A stretch of DNA of 64,000 nucleotides from Anaerolineae bacterium (lineage in GTDB: Bacteria; Chloroflexota; Anaerolineae; S140-20), in assembly GCA_027021705.1 (NCBI GenBank), contig JALUTT010000048.1, positions 1 to 64,000 of the forward strand, given 5' to 3'. A program made the translations under genes and the position numbers. Shown here one piece after another: positions 29,256-38,982 of the stretch (position 1 is its first letter; every line of letters begins with the position of its first letter). Below the pieces are notes generated by a model. That model was not told the DNA's origin, did no database searches, and was given only the letters and a program-made list of their open reading frames with translations.

Positions 29256-30425
29256 TCACGCCGGCTGGAGGAAGGTGACGCGCAGGACGCCTTCCTCGAA
29301 GCGGGCCGAACCGGTGTCCAGGTCCCACAGGGCGCGGGGGAGGATGAAGTTGCGCCGCTGGTTGCCCACCGTGATGGTCAACTCGTCCTCATCCCGCAGG
29401 AGTTGGATCGCCCCTTTCTCGGTGAAGGGAAGGCGGATCTGCAGTTCATATCCTCCCTCGATGGGCACGATACGGTGCGCCCAGCCCTCGAAGAAGATGC
29501 GTGAGGGATCCTCGTCGCCGAAGAGGGCATCGGCCAGGAGGCGCAACATCTCCAAGCCCACGATCTCCTGCTGGAAGAGGGGAGCCGTCAGGACGGGCAG
29601 GGGGGCAAAGCACTCTTCAATGAGGGCGAAGTGAGCTGCCTGGATCGTCTTCCAGGCGGCGAAGTAGGGATCGGAGACCTCGTCGGGGATAAGCCGGTTG
29701 CAGATGACGGCATCGGTGGCGTAGCCGTAGAGGTTGAGGTAGGTGTAGGTCCGCTGAGCCTCTTTGATGACCATCTTCTCGGCGTTGATGACCAGCCGGA
29801 CGGTGGCCTGGGAGGGATCGGTCAGCAGGGTGTGGACTCGCTTGAGCTGGGCAAAGAGGTGCTCCAGCGCCTCCAGGGCCTCGTCGTCGGGGACAGGGAT
29901 CTCGCCCACGATGGAACGGGCCACGGGAGCCAGCAACCGGCCTGTTGCAACCATCGGGAGGAGACGCTCGAACCACCAACGGCTCACGTCGGGAAGGCTG
30001 AGCAGGCGCAGGGTCTCCGCCGTCGGCGCGGCGTCAATGATCACCACATCGTAGCGGCCCTCGTCGGCGTACCGGTTCAGCCAGAGGAGGCTGGCCCCTT
30101 CGTCCAGGCCGGGGATGATGGCCACCTCTTCGGCGACCAACTCATCTATCCCCTCCTGGGAGAGAAGCCCCACCATGTACTTTTGAAAGGTTCCCCAGTG
30201 CTTCTTGATGGAGTAGTGGACGTCCACTTCCTGAGCCCACAGGTTCTCGGCCACGGGACGGGGCTCCGGCCCCAGGGGGAGATCGAAGGAGTCGCCCAGA
30301 CTGTGGGCCGTATCGGTGCTGAAGACAAGGGTGCGGCAGCCCTGCTCGGCGCAGCGGAGGGCCGTCGCCGCCGCCACGCTTGTCTTCCCCACGCCACCCT
30401 TGCCGGTGTACAGGATGATTCGCAT
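29256..30425 (-). CDS. single-domain ArsA/Get3 (TRC40) family ATPase with C-terminal HSP20-like domain
   Basis: MRIILYTGKGGVGKT, STDTAHSLGD, DAAPTAETLRLL, EKMVIKEAQR; tail ELTITVGNQRRNFILP. Confidence 0.92.
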   Translation of the reverse strand: MRIILYTGKGGVGKTSVAAATALRCAEQGCRTLVFSTDTAHSLGDSFDLPLGPEPRPVAENLWAQEVDVHYSIKKHWGTFQKYMVGLLSQEGIDELVAEEVAIIPGLDEGASLLWLNRYADEGRYDVVIIDAAPTAETLRLLSLPDVSRWWFERLLPMVATGRLLAPVARSIVGEIPVPDDEALEALEHLFAQLKRVHTLLTDPSQATVRLVINAEKMVIKEAQRTYTYLNLYGYATDAVICNRLIPDEVSDPYFAAWKTIQAAHFALIEECFAPLPVLTAPLFQQEIVGLEMLRLLADALFGDEDPSRIFFEGWAHRIVPIEGGYELQIRLPFTEKGAIQLLRDEDELTITVGNQRRNFILPRALWDLDTGSARFEEGVLRVTFLQPA

Positions 30426-30442
30426 CTTGGCTACCTGTGTTG

Positions 30443-30476
30443 CCCTCCCACAGGTACCGCGTGACCTGCGGGAGGG
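30443..30476. repeat. short hairpin form of the CCCTCCCGCAGGT element
   Basis: ccctcccacaggt-accgcgtg-acctgcgggaggg between the kinase stop and the ArsA start. Confidence 0.7.
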
Positions 30477-30477
30477 T

Positions 30478-31866
30478 TCATCGTTCCTCCGGGGCCTCCA
30501 GGGGCAGCCAGACGTGGAAAGCACTGCCGACATCCAGTTCGCTCTGCACTTCGATGCGCCCGCCGTGGGCCTCGGCGATCCAGCGGGCGATGGAGAGGCC
30601 CAAGCCGGCCCCGCCGTGGGAGCGGGAGCGGGCTTTGTCGGCCCGGTAGAAGCGGTCGAAGATGTGAGGCAGGTCCTCCGGCGCGATCCCCTTGCCCGTG
30701 TCGTAAACCGTCAGCCGCACCCAGCCATCGGCCTGGGCCTGGCGTAGCCAGATGCGCCCACCGGGCGGCGTGTGCTTGAGGGCGTTGTCCACCAGGTTGA
30801 GCAACAACTGCCGGAGACGGTCGGCGTCCCCCCGCACGATGGCCGGTCCGTCCACCGTCAGCGAGACCTTCACCCGCTCTCGGGCCAGGAGCTGGGCCTG
30901 ACGGGCCAGGTCGGCCATCAGCAGATCCACTTCGACGGGCTCCTGGGCCAGGGGCAGTTGTCCGGCATCGGCCCGGGCCAGTAGGAGCAGGTCCCCCACC
31001 AGCCGGGTCATTCGCTCCGTCTCCGCCTGGATGGCGTCCAGACAGGCCGGGTCGGCCTGGCCCATTCGGCGCAACAGGTCCACGTTGCCTCGAATGGTGG
31101 TCAGGGGGGTGCGGAGTTCGTGGGAGACGTCGGCGACGAAGCGCTGCTGGGCCCGGAAGAGACGCTCCAGCCGCTCCAGCATCTCGTTGAAGGCGCCGGC
31201 CAGCCGCCCCACCTCGTCGAAGGGGTCGGCCTGGGGGATGCGTCGGCTCAGGTCGTCGGCCCGGGTGATCTGAAGGGCGGTCTGGGTGATGTCGTCAATG
31301 GGGCGCAGGGCCCGCTCGGCCAGGAGTGCTCCCAACACCGCCGACAGGATGATCCCGATGAGCCCGCCGCTGATCAGGATGACCAACAGCCCCCGGCGGG
31401 CGTTGTCCAGCGTGCGCAGCGAGGTGGCCACCTGCAGGTGGCCCACCAGCACGCCATCGGACTCCTGATAGAGGGGTGTCGTCAGCACCCGCAGGTGGGC
31501 CTGACCAATGAGCACGTCGCGAAGGGTCTGCTCTTCCCTCTGGAGGGCCTCACCGTCCAGGGAGGTGCGCAGGGAGCGCAGGTTGTCGGTGCGGGCCACC
31601 AGCCGCTTGTGGACGTCCCAGACCTGGACATAGATGGTGGAAGCGCTGAAGGCGTCCAACTGAGGGATCTCCAGGCGCGGCTGATCCCAGAACGAGGAAA
31701 GCACCCGGCTTCCCCCGATGATCCCCTCGGCCGTCTCGTGCAGCCGCCGGTTGACCTGGTTGTTGAGGGTCAGGCTGAGGAGGACGTAGACTGCCAGGCC
31801 GAAGAGGAGGAGGATCGCTGCTAGAACACCGGTATACCAGAGGGTGAGACGAATGCGGATGGGCAT
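30478..31866 (-). CDS. membrane sensor histidine kinase (HAMP-HisKA-HATPase), MprB/BaeS-like
   Basis: Two TMs; FVADVSHELRTPLT; NLVDNALKHT; DTGKGI; GGAGLGLSIA. Confidence 0.95.
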   Translation of the reverse strand: MPIRIRLTLWYTGVLAAILLLFGLAVYVLLSLTLNNQVNRRLHETAEGIIGGSRVLSSFWDQPRLEIPQLDAFSASTIYVQVWDVHKRLVARTDNLRSLRTSLDGEALQREEQTLRDVLIGQAHLRVLTTPLYQESDGVLVGHLQVATSLRTLDNARRGLLVILISGGLIGIILSAVLGALLAERALRPIDDITQTALQITRADDLSRRIPQADPFDEVGRLAGAFNEMLERLERLFRAQQRFVADVSHELRTPLTTIRGNVDLLRRMGQADPACLDAIQAETERMTRLVGDLLLLARADAGQLPLAQEPVEVDLLMADLARQAQLLARERVKVSLTVDGPAIVRGDADRLRQLLLNLVDNALKHTPPGGRIWLRQAQADGWVRLTVYDTGKGIAPEDLPHIFDRFYRADKARSRSHGGAGLGLSIARWIAEAHGGRIEVQSELDVGSAFHVWLPLEAPEER

Positions 31867-31868
31867 CT

Positions 31869-32558
31869 TCAGGTTATGGGCTCTTCCTCCCGCAGGACAT
31901 AGCCCACACCGCGCACGGTGTGGATGAGGCGCGGTTCGCCGGCTGCCTCCATCTTGCGCCGCAGGTAACGGATGTAGACCTCGATGACGTTGCTCTCGCC
32001 GCCGAAGTCGTAGCCCCAGACCCGGTCGTAGATGACCTCGCGGGTGAGGACCTGGCGGGGGTGGCGCATGAAGAGCTCCAACAGTTCGTACTCCTTGGCC
32101 GTGAGGTCAATGACCCGCTTCCCCCGCCGGGCCCGCCGGGTGCCGGTGTCCAGGACCAGGTCGGCGAAGTGGAGCACCTCCGCCGCCGGCGGCCCCGCCC
32201 GACGCAACAGCGCCCGGATCCGGGCCAGCAGCTCGTCGAAGGCGAAGGGCTTCACCAGGTAGTCGTCGGCGCCGGCGTCGAGGCCGGCCACCCGGTCGGA
32301 GACGCTCTCCTTGGCCGTGAGCATCAGGATGGGGACGTTGCTGGCAGCCCGGAGCCGCCGACAGACCTCCAGCCCATCCAGACCCGGCAGCATCCAATCG
32401 AGGATGACCAGGTCGGGCGGGTAATCGCGAGCCGCTTCCAGCCCTTCGGGCCCATCGTAGGCCAGGGTGACCCGATACCCCTCGTAGACGAGCCCCCGCT
32501 GAAGGGTGCTGGCGATACCGGTGTCGTCCTCGATCACCAGAATACGCTCACCGGTCAT
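31869..32558 (-). CDS. OmpR-family response regulator, MprA-like
   Basis: [42 protein letters not shown]. Confidence 0.95.
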   Translation of the reverse strand: MTGERILVIEDDTGIASTLQRGLVYEGYRVTLAYDGPEGLEAARDYPPDLVILDWMLPGLDGLEVCRRLRAASNVPILMLTAKESVSDRVAGLDAGADDYLVKPFAFDELLARIRALLRRAGPPAAEVLHFADLVLDTGTRRARRGKRVIDLTAKEYELLELFMRHPRQVLTREVIYDRVWGYDFGGESNVIEVYIRYLRRKMEAAGEPRLIHTVRGVGYVLREEEPIT

Positions 32559-32581
32559 AGTTCCCCCCTTTCGCAAGGGGA

Positions 32582-32610
32582 ATTATAGCCGGAAGTGGGG
32601 GGAGGGGCAA
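32582..32610 (-). promoter_or_regulatory. sigma70-type promoter of the two-component operon
   Basis: Minus strand TTGCCC-17 bp-TATAAT; the -35 lies inside a GGGGCAA repeat unit. Confidence 0.7.
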
Positions 32611-32738
32611 GGGGCAAGGGGCAAGGGGCAAGGGGCAAGGGGCAAGGGGCAAGTGACTACCTGACCACCTGACCAAGTGACCACGTGACCAAGTGACCAC
32701 GTGACCAAGCGACCACCCGACCACCCGACCAAGCGACC
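32604..32738. repeat. compound short tandem repeat: (GGGGCAA)x7 followed by about 11 degenerate NNGACCAM octamers
   Basis: Read directly: 32604-32652 heptamers, 32653-32738 octamers. Confidence 0.92.
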
Positions 32739-32744
32739 GGATGC

Positions 32745-33551
32745 TCAGGGGCGAGCGCTGAGGGCTTCGCGGCGGAGCAGGTTCAGGAACTCCACCGATT
32801 TCAACTGCCGCTCCAGGTGGTGGACGATGTAGCGCCGGAGGACCCGCTCCAGTTCGGCGTGGCGGGAGCCGGAGAGCCGGAGGCGTGAGGCGGCCTCCCC
32901 CCTGTGGGTCTGCAGGTACTGGAGCACCTTCAGGCCGGCCGTGGAAAGGGTTAGCGGTGGGGGGCGATGGATGGTGCAGACGGCACAGACCACGCCTCCC
33001 TCGGCCGGGCTGAAGCCCAACGGGGGTCTGCGCTCCTCCCCGTTCACGTCCAGGTGGGTCAGGAGGCGGCCACAGCGGACGCAGGCGTGCAGTTCGGGGC
33101 GAAGCCCGGCCTCCCCCAGCAGGTGAAGCTCATAGGCCCGGGCCACGGGCCGCAGGTCAGGAGCCGTGCAGAGCAGGTCGAGGGTCTCCGTGAGCAGGTG
33201 GAAGAGGGCCGGCTCTTCCTCGCCCTCGGCGGTGAACTGGTTCAGGAGTTCGGCGACGTAGTGGGCGTAGGTGGCCCGCACCAGGTCCTCCCGCAGAGGT
33301 AGGTAGGCGGCGACCGTCTCTGCCTGGCTGATGAGGTCCAGGGAACGCCCCCGGGCGAGGAGCAGTCGGACGCGGGTAAAGAGTTCCAGGTGGCCGGCCT
33401 TCCGGCTGCGGGGTTTGCGGACGCCCTTGGCCACCGCCCGCAGCTTCCCCCGCTCTCGGGTGAAGAGGGTGAGAAGCCGGTCGGCTTCCTGCCAGTTCTG
33501 GCGTCGCAGGACAACGGCCTCGACGCGATAGAGGCGTATCCGTTCGGGCAC
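32745..33551 (-). CDS. recO: DNA repair protein RecO
   Basis: EAVVLRR..W.EADRLLTLFTRERGKLRAVAKGVRKPRSRKAGHLELF; CxxC...CxxC zinc site. Confidence 0.96.
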   Translation of the reverse strand: MPERIRLYRVEAVVLRRQNWQEADRLLTLFTRERGKLRAVAKGVRKPRSRKAGHLELFTRVRLLLARGRSLDLISQAETVAAYLPLREDLVRATYAHYVAELLNQFTAEGEEEPALFHLLTETLDLLCTAPDLRPVARAYELHLLGEAGLRPELHACVRCGRLLTHLDVNGEERRPPLGFSPAEGGVVCAVCTIHRPPPLTLSTAGLKVLQYLQTHRGEAASRLRLSGSRHAELERVLRRYIVHHLERQLKSVEFLNLLRREALSARP

Positions 33552-33595
33552 GGTCCTCTCAGCTTTCTAGCGATCCATAGTCCGCGGTCCGTAGT

Positions 33596-33711
33596 GTTCA
33601 CCCTCCCGCAGGTTAGGCGCGTTTCCGACGGGAAACCGTGCTTCCAATAGCCCATCGGGGCTGAAAGCGCCCTAGACCGGTGACCTGCGGGAGGGTAGGC
33701 TGAATAGATAC
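33596..33711 (+). repeat. dispersed ~110-bp REP/MITE-like element
   Basis: Near-identical to 27119-27227. Confidence 0.9.
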
Positions 33712-33712
33712 G

Positions 33713-34105
33713 CTAGGGGAGCTTATCGGCACCAAAGGGGGCCGGCAGCAGTTGATCCAGCGTCGTCTCCCGATAGGCCCCGCTCGCGTCGGCGATGATG
33801 ACCCGCAGGTGGGGGGCGAACTCGTGCAGGATCTGGCGACAAGAGCCGCAGGGGGTCCCCCCGTTTGAGGTGACGACGGCGATGGCCTCGAACTCCCGCT
33901 CCCCTTCTGAGACCGCCTTGACCACCGCCGTGCGCTCTGCACAGGTTCCCAAGGGATAGACGGCGTTCTCCACGTTCGCCCCTGTGTAGACCTGTCCTGA
34001 CCGCGTCAGCAACGCCGCCCCTACCCTGTACCCCGAGTAGGGGGCGTAAGCCCGCTCCCGGGCCAGGGTGGCCCGGGCCACCAGGTCCTCAGCGCTCATG
34101 GTCAT
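33713..34105 (-). CDS. cdd: cytidine deaminase
   Basis: AYAPYSGYRVGAA, GANVENA, CAERTA, PCGSCRQ. Confidence 0.95.
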   Translation of the reverse strand: MTMSAEDLVARATLARERAYAPYSGYRVGAALLTRSGQVYTGANVENAVYPLGTCAERTAVVKAVSEGEREFEAIAVVTSNGGTPCGSCRQILHEFAPHLRVIIADASGAYRETTLDQLLPAPFGADKLP

Positions 34106-35426
34106 CGTCCTGCCCCTCACTCGTTGGAGGGCCGGCCCTCCGGTGCACACGCACCTTGCGGATGCGCCGACCGGCTACCGACACCACTTCGAACCGCAAC
34201 GGACCGAAATCGAAGGCCTCCCCCTGGACCGGCACTCTCCCCAACCGGCTGTAGACGAACCCGCCCAGCGTGTCTCCCATCTCCGTGGGCATCTCGACGC
34301 CCAGCAGGTGTCCCACATCATCCAGGGCGATGCGGGCGTTGAAGATGTACTCCTCCTCCCCCACCTGCTCGTAGAGGGGCTCCTCCGCATCATACTCATC
34401 CTGAATCTCGCCCACGATCTCCTCGACGATGTCCTCCACCGTCACCAGTCCGGCCGTCCCCCCATATTCGTCCACGACGATAGCCATATGGGTCCGCTGC
34501 TGCTGCATCTCCTCCAGCAACTCGTCCACCTTCTTGGACTCAGGGATGAAGTAGGCCCCCCGCAGCAACTGCCTCAGAGGGAGGTCACGCCGGTTGTCCC
34601 GCCACAGCGGCAGGAGGTCCTTGGCGTAGAGGATACCGACGATGTTGTCAATGGTCCCTTCGTAGACAGGGATGCGGGAGTGGCCCGCTTCGATGATCTT
34701 ATTCACCGCCTCGTCCAGGGGGGTGTGGACCTCCAGGGCCACGATGTCTATCCGGGGCACCATGATCTCGCGGGCGATGGTATCGCTCAGGGCGAAGACG
34801 GAGTGGATCATCTCGGCCTCGTCTTCCTCGATGGTCCCCTCTTCCTCGCCGGCATCCACCAGGGTCATAATTTCCTCTTCCGTGATGAAAGCCATCCCCC
34901 CGACAGACTCGCCCCCCATCAGGAGCGAGAGGCGATCGCTGATCCAGATGGTGGGGCCGATGAGGGGAAGGAAGAGGGTGGACAGGAGGGAAAGAGGACG
35001 GGCGAAGAAAGAAGCGATCTCGTCGGCGTAGCGGGCTGCCACGGCCTCAGGGACCAGTTGGCCCAGGATAAGCAGGGCGAAGGCCAGGATGAGCACGATG
35101 AACCCCACCGCCAGGGGCTGAGCGATGGTCACCGGCACCCCGAGGTCGGTCAGGTACTGCCGCAACGGCGGAGTCAGGGTCAGGGCGGCGACGGCCACCG
35201 CCATCGCCGCCGTCAGCACAATGCCGATCTGCGTCGTCGCCAGCAGCCGGCTGGGCTTTTCCACCAACCGAGCAACAATAGGCGACTCCGCCCCCCTCTG
35301 TCCGATCCGCTCGCCCAGCCGCCCTCTACGCAGGTTGATCAGGGCCGAACGGCCGGCGGAGAAAAGCGCTTCGATCAGGACGAGGAGCGCGATCAGGAGC
35401 AAGCCCCTCGTACTGTCAGGATCCAC
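34089..35426 (-). CDS. hemolysin/CNNM family protein (DUF21 + 2 CBS + CorC/HlyC)
   Basis: GTG start with GAGGAG RBS; AREIMVPR, GHSRIPVY, MAIVVDEYGGTAGLVTVEDIVEEIVGEIQDEYD, TLGGF. Confidence 0.93.
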   Translation of the reverse strand: MDPDSTRGLLLIALLVLIEALFSAGRSALINLRRGRLGERIGQRGAESPIVARLVEKPSRLLATTQIGIVLTAAMAVAVAALTLTPPLRQYLTDLGVPVTIAQPLAVGFIVLILAFALLILGQLVPEAVAARYADEIASFFARPLSLLSTLFLPLIGPTIWISDRLSLLMGGESVGGMAFITEEEIMTLVDAGEEEGTIEEDEAEMIHSVFALSDTIAREIMVPRIDIVALEVHTPLDEAVNKIIEAGHSRIPVYEGTIDNIVGILYAKDLLPLWRDNRRDLPLRQLLRGAYFIPESKKVDELLEEMQQQRTHMAIVVDEYGGTAGLVTVEDIVEEIVGEIQDEYDAEEPLYEQVGEEEYIFNARIALDDVGHLLGVEMPTEMGDTLGGFVYSRLGRVPVQGEAFDFGPLRFEVVSVAGRRIRKVRVHRRAGPPTSEGQDDDHER

Positions 35427-36801
35427 GGTTCTCCTCGCTTCCCGGTGCCCCCGCACCCTCTACCGACCGGCGCACCCGGGCGGGGACGCCGTAGGCCAGG
35501 CTACCGGGGGGAATGTCGCGGGTGACGACGGCCCCCGCTCCCGTCCTGGCCCCCTTGCCCACCCGCACGGGAGCGACCAGCATCGTATCTGAGCCGATGA
35601 AAACGCCGTCCTCGATAACGGTCGGGTGTTTGCGCTCCCCGTCGTAGTTGCAGGTGATAGCTCCGGCCCCGATGTTGACGTTGGCTCCGATGGTCGCATC
35701 CCCCACATAGCTGAAGTGGCCCATCTTGGTGCCCGGCCCCAGATAGCTGTTCTTCACCTCGCCAAAGTTGCCCATATGCACCCCACGGGCCAGGTGAGCC
35801 CCCTTGCGTAGGTGGCTGAAGGGGCCGACGTCCACCCCCTCCTCCAGCGTCGCCCCCTCCACGACCGAGGCCAGGACGATGCACCGGTCCCCCAGGGTGG
35901 AGTCGCGGATGATGGCGCTGGGGCCCAACCGGCACTCCGCCCCGATCCGGGTCTCGCCCTGGAGGTGAGTGTGGGGGTAGATGACCGTGTCCGGTCCGAT
36001 CACGACGTCGGCTTCGATATAGGTGGTGTCCGGGTCCACCAGCGTCACGCCGGCGAGCATCCACCGCTCGTTGATGCGGCGGCGCAGGGCCGCCTCCGCC
36101 TCGGCCAAGTGCACCCGGGTGTTGATCCCCAGCGCCTCCGTCGGGTCCTCCAGAGGAACCCCCTCGACCCGTCTCCCCTCAGCCACGGCCATCGCGATCA
36201 AGTCCGTCAGGTAGTACTCCCCCTTCACGGGATTCCGTCGGAGATGGGGAAGGTGTTCCCAGAGCCAGGCCGCGTCGAAGCAGTAGGTCCCGGTGTTCAA
36301 CTCCCGGATCGTGGCCTGCTCCGGCGTCGCGTCCAGTTGCTCCACGATGGCCCGGATACGCCCCTGGTCATCGCGCACGACACGGCCAAAGCCTCGGGGG
36401 TCATCCCGCTCAACGGTGAGCAACGTCACGGTGGCCTGGCGGTCCCGGTGCACCTCCATCAGCTTCCGCAGCGCTTCCGCCGTCAGGAGGGGCATATCGG
36501 CATAGGTGACCAGCAGGGTGTCCACTTCCGGGTCCACGGCTGACCGGGCCTGCCGGACGGCGTGCCCGGTGCCCAACTGGGGCTCCTGGACCACGTAGCG
36601 CGCCCGCTCGCCCACAACCCGGCGCACGGCGTCGGCCCCATGACCGACGACGAGGATGGGGGGTAGGGCGGTCAGGGCAGAGGCGGTGTGGACCACGTAG
36701 AGGACCATCGGACGGCCTGCCAGGGGATGGAGGACCTTGGGGAGCCGAGACTTCATCCGGGTCCCCTGCCCGGCGGCCAGAATTACCACGGCCAGGTTCA
36801 T
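35416..36801 (-). CDS. glmU: bifunctional UDP-GlcNAc pyrophosphorylase / glucosamine-1-P acetyltransferase
   Basis: ILAAGQGTRMKSRLPKVLH, QLGTGHAV, GNFGEVKNS, CNYDG, hexapeptide repeats. Confidence 0.97.
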   Translation of the reverse strand: MNLAVVILAAGQGTRMKSRLPKVLHPLAGRPMVLYVVHTASALTALPPILVVGHGADAVRRVVGERARYVVQEPQLGTGHAVRQARSAVDPEVDTLLVTYADMPLLTAEALRKLMEVHRDRQATVTLLTVERDDPRGFGRVVRDDQGRIRAIVEQLDATPEQATIRELNTGTYCFDAAWLWEHLPHLRRNPVKGEYYLTDLIAMAVAEGRRVEGVPLEDPTEALGINTRVHLAEAEAALRRRINERWMLAGVTLVDPDTTYIEADVVIGPDTVIYPHTHLQGETRIGAECRLGPSAIIRDSTLGDRCIVLASVVEGATLEEGVDVGPFSHLRKGAHLARGVHMGNFGEVKNSYLGPGTKMGHFSYVGDATIGANVNIGAGAITCNYDGERKHPTVIEDGVFIGSDTMLVAPVRVGKGARTGAGAVVTRDIPPGSLAYGVPARVRRSVEGAGAPGSEENRGS

Positions 36802-36948
36802 AAAGCCTTCTCTCCTCGGTTCCGAGCCACCCGCCCCACCTCCCGCAGGTGCCCCCCATTGCTGTCTTCGGGCACCACGTGGCCTGCGGGGAGGTGACAT
36901 CGGTCAGGTGGCTAGTCCTCGGTTCAGATCACCGACTGTTCAGAGGTT

Positions 36949-36977
36949 ATTATAACCGGCCTGAGAAAGTTGGACAA
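36949..36977 (-). promoter_or_regulatory. sigma70-type promoter of the glmU-hlyC-cdd run
   Basis: Minus strand TTGTCC-17 bp-TATAAT. Confidence 0.7.
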
Positions 36978-36992
36978 GCCTCCTGGGGGGAA

Positions 36993-38135
36993 TCAGCGCT
37001 GTCGGACCAGGCCGGGAGGACGGCATCGGAAGTCCCGCCCCCGCCACTGGCGTCGGCAAGAGGGGGAGAGGAAATCGTCGGGGCAGGTGAAGCGCTGGGG
37101 CAGGTCCCGCCAGTCCCGAGGCCAATCCTGGGCGTAGAAGGCGGCGTACTCGGCCACGTGGGAGGCCCAATAGGCATCGCTGTGCTCGCCGGGACGTAGC
37201 AGGAACTGATGGGCGATGCCCCGTTCCTCCAGCAGCCGGTCCATCGTCTGGGCACCGCTCCGCAGCCAGTCGGAGCGGCCCACGTCTATGTAGACCTGCA
37301 CCCTCTCGATCCCCGGCGCGTCTGAGGCCAAGTAGAGGGGGTTGTAGGCCGGGATGGCGTTGTCCCAGAAGAGGCCGGGGCTGTGGGCCCCGACGCGGGC
37401 AAAGAGGGTGGGATGGCGCAGGGCGATCTCCAGAGCCCAGAAGCCCCCTCGCGAGAGTCCACCGATAGCCCGCGCCCGACGGGTCTCCCAAGTGCAGAAG
37501 TTATCGGCGATGAAGGGCATCAACTCCTCGACGACGACGGTCTCGAAGGACCCCGGCCCACCGTCGGTCGTGTTGGCGATGCTGCCGGCGTTGGGCATCA
37601 CGATGATGAAGGGGGAAAGCCGGCCCGAACGCACCCCGGCATCCACCGCCTCGTCCAGTCCCAGCACGTCCCACTGGCTGTCGGTGTAGCCCATCCCGTG
37701 GAAGATGTAGAGGACGGGGAAGAGACGGTTGGCCTCGTCGTAGCAGGGGGGCAAGTAGACCCGGTAGCGCATTGAACGCCCCAGCGTCGGACTGTAGAAG
37801 GTGCCCCGAAGCACCTCCCCCTCTTCGTCAGCGCAGACGTCGGCCGCCGTCAGAGGAGACGTCGGAGTAGGCGTCGAAGGTGGCGACACCATCGTCGGCG
37901 TAGGGGAAGGGGAGGGTGTGGACGTCGGCGTCGGCGTCGGCGGCAGGATGGTGGGGGTGGGCGTCGCCGTGGGGGATGAAGTGAGGGTCAGGGAGGGGAC
38001 AAGAGTGGGCACCACCCAGAAGGCCCCCTCCACAGGGTGGGGAACCCGCCCCACCAGGGAGGCGACGCCAATGAGGAGCAGGATGAGCAGGGCTCCGCTG
38101 GTGACCAGAAGGGACTGAGATGACCGGGAGGACAA
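36993..38135 (-). CDS. membrane-anchored alpha/beta-hydrolase (esterase family)
   Basis: N-terminal TM, Pro/Thr linker, YRVYLPPCY, VLYIFHG, GGLSRGG nucleophile elbow, GEH; TTG start inferred. Confidence 0.85.
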   Translation of the reverse strand: MSSRSSQSLLVTSGALLILLLIGVASLVGRVPHPVEGAFWVVPTLVPSLTLTSSPTATPTPTILPPTPTPTSTPSPSPTPTMVSPPSTPTPTSPLTAADVCADEEGEVLRGTFYSPTLGRSMRYRVYLPPCYDEANRLFPVLYIFHGMGYTDSQWDVLGLDEAVDAGVRSGRLSPFIIVMPNAGSIANTTDGGPGSFETVVVEELMPFIADNFCTWETRRARAIGGLSRGGFWALEIALRHPTLFARVGAHSPGLFWDNAIPAYNPLYLASDAPGIERVQVYIDVGRSDWLRSGAQTMDRLLEERGIAHQFLLRPGEHSDAYWASHVAEYAAFYAQDWPRDWRDLPQRFTCPDDFLSPSCRRQWRGRDFRCRPPGLVRQR

Positions 38136-38190
38136 GGCTCCTCTTCCCCCTTTGCCCCTGGAAATACCGGCGTGACGGGGAAACGGCAAT

Positions 38191-38218
38191 AGTGTACCAC
38201 AAAATGGCGGATTGGCAA
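38191..38218 (-). promoter_or_regulatory. putative promoter of the esterase gene
   Basis: Minus strand TTGCCA-16 bp-TACACT with TG extension. Confidence 0.5.
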
Positions 38219-38272
38219 CCCCCCGCTTCGCGGTGATTACCCACAAGGGAGCGAGAGAGTGGTCCGTAGCAG

Positions 38273-38349
38273 GCCGTCCACGAATTTCTCACCAATGCAC
38301 GAATGAGGCGGTCCTTAATTCGTGTATTCGTGCCCCATTCGTGGACGGC
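38273..38349. repeat. nested palindromic element (CACGAAT/ATTCGTG type)
   Basis: gccgtccacgaat ... attcgtggacggc outer inverted repeat with internal cacgaat/attcgtg copies. Confidence 0.8.
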
Positions 38350-38378
38350 TAGTCTCCCTAAACTCCAAGACGCATCCG

Positions 38379-38407
38379 TTGACAGGAAATCGCTTTGGCG
38401 TTAAACT
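38379..38407 (+). promoter_or_regulatory. sigma70-type promoter of yjjX
   Basis: TTGACA-17 bp-TAAACT. Confidence 0.7.
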
Positions 38408-38451
38408 ACCCCTCGCCGAGCGACCAGGCCCTCTATCGCAGGAGACGAAGG

Positions 38452-38982
38452 ATGCGCATCGCCGTAGGGTCCACCAATCCGGTCAAGGTGGCTGCCGTCA
38501 CCCGGGTGGTTCGTCGGCTCTGGGGAGAGGCTCACGTGATCTCGCTGGACGTGCCCTCCGGCGTTCGTCCCCAGCCGATGTCCGACGACGAGGCGATCGC
38601 CGGGGCCCGCAACCGGGCCTGGGCCGCCCTGCGCCGGGCTCAGGCCGACCTGGGGGTGGGGCTGGAGGGGTCGGTCGCCGAATCCCCCTACGGCCTCTTC
38701 CTCACCGGCTGGGCCGTCGTCGTCAGCCGGGAGGGGCGGGAGGGGATCGCCGGCGGAGGGCGGCTGGTGCTGCCGGAGGCGGTCGCCCGGCGGGTGCGGG
38801 CCGGTGAGGAGTTGGGTCCGGTGATGGACAAGTTGGTGGGCGAGCGGAACACCAAGCAGGCGCGGGGAGCCGTGGGCATCCTCACCAACGGGCTGATCGT
38901 GCGCACCGCCGCCTTTGAGCAGATGGTCGCCTACGCCTTGGTGCCCTTTCTGCACCCTGAGTGGTATCCTGGAGGGGAATGA
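38452..38982 (+). CDS. yjjX: inosine/xanthosine triphosphatase
   Basis: MRIAVGSTNPVKV, VPSGV..QP, GARNRA, VGLEG, ELGPVMD, GAVGILT. Confidence 0.92.
   Translation: MRIAVGSTNPVKVAAVTRVVRRLWGEAHVISLDVPSGVRPQPMSDDEAIAGARNRAWAALRRAQADLGVGLEGSVAESPYGLFLTGWAVVVSREGREGIAGGGRLVLPEAVARRVRAGEELGPVMDKLVGERNTKQARGAVGILTNGLIVRTAAFEQMVAYALVPFLHPEWYPGGE

Noticed and set aside
29256..30425. Arsenic-resistance arsA
   Set aside because: Single domain with HSP20-like tail and no ars operon; better called Get3/ArsA-like
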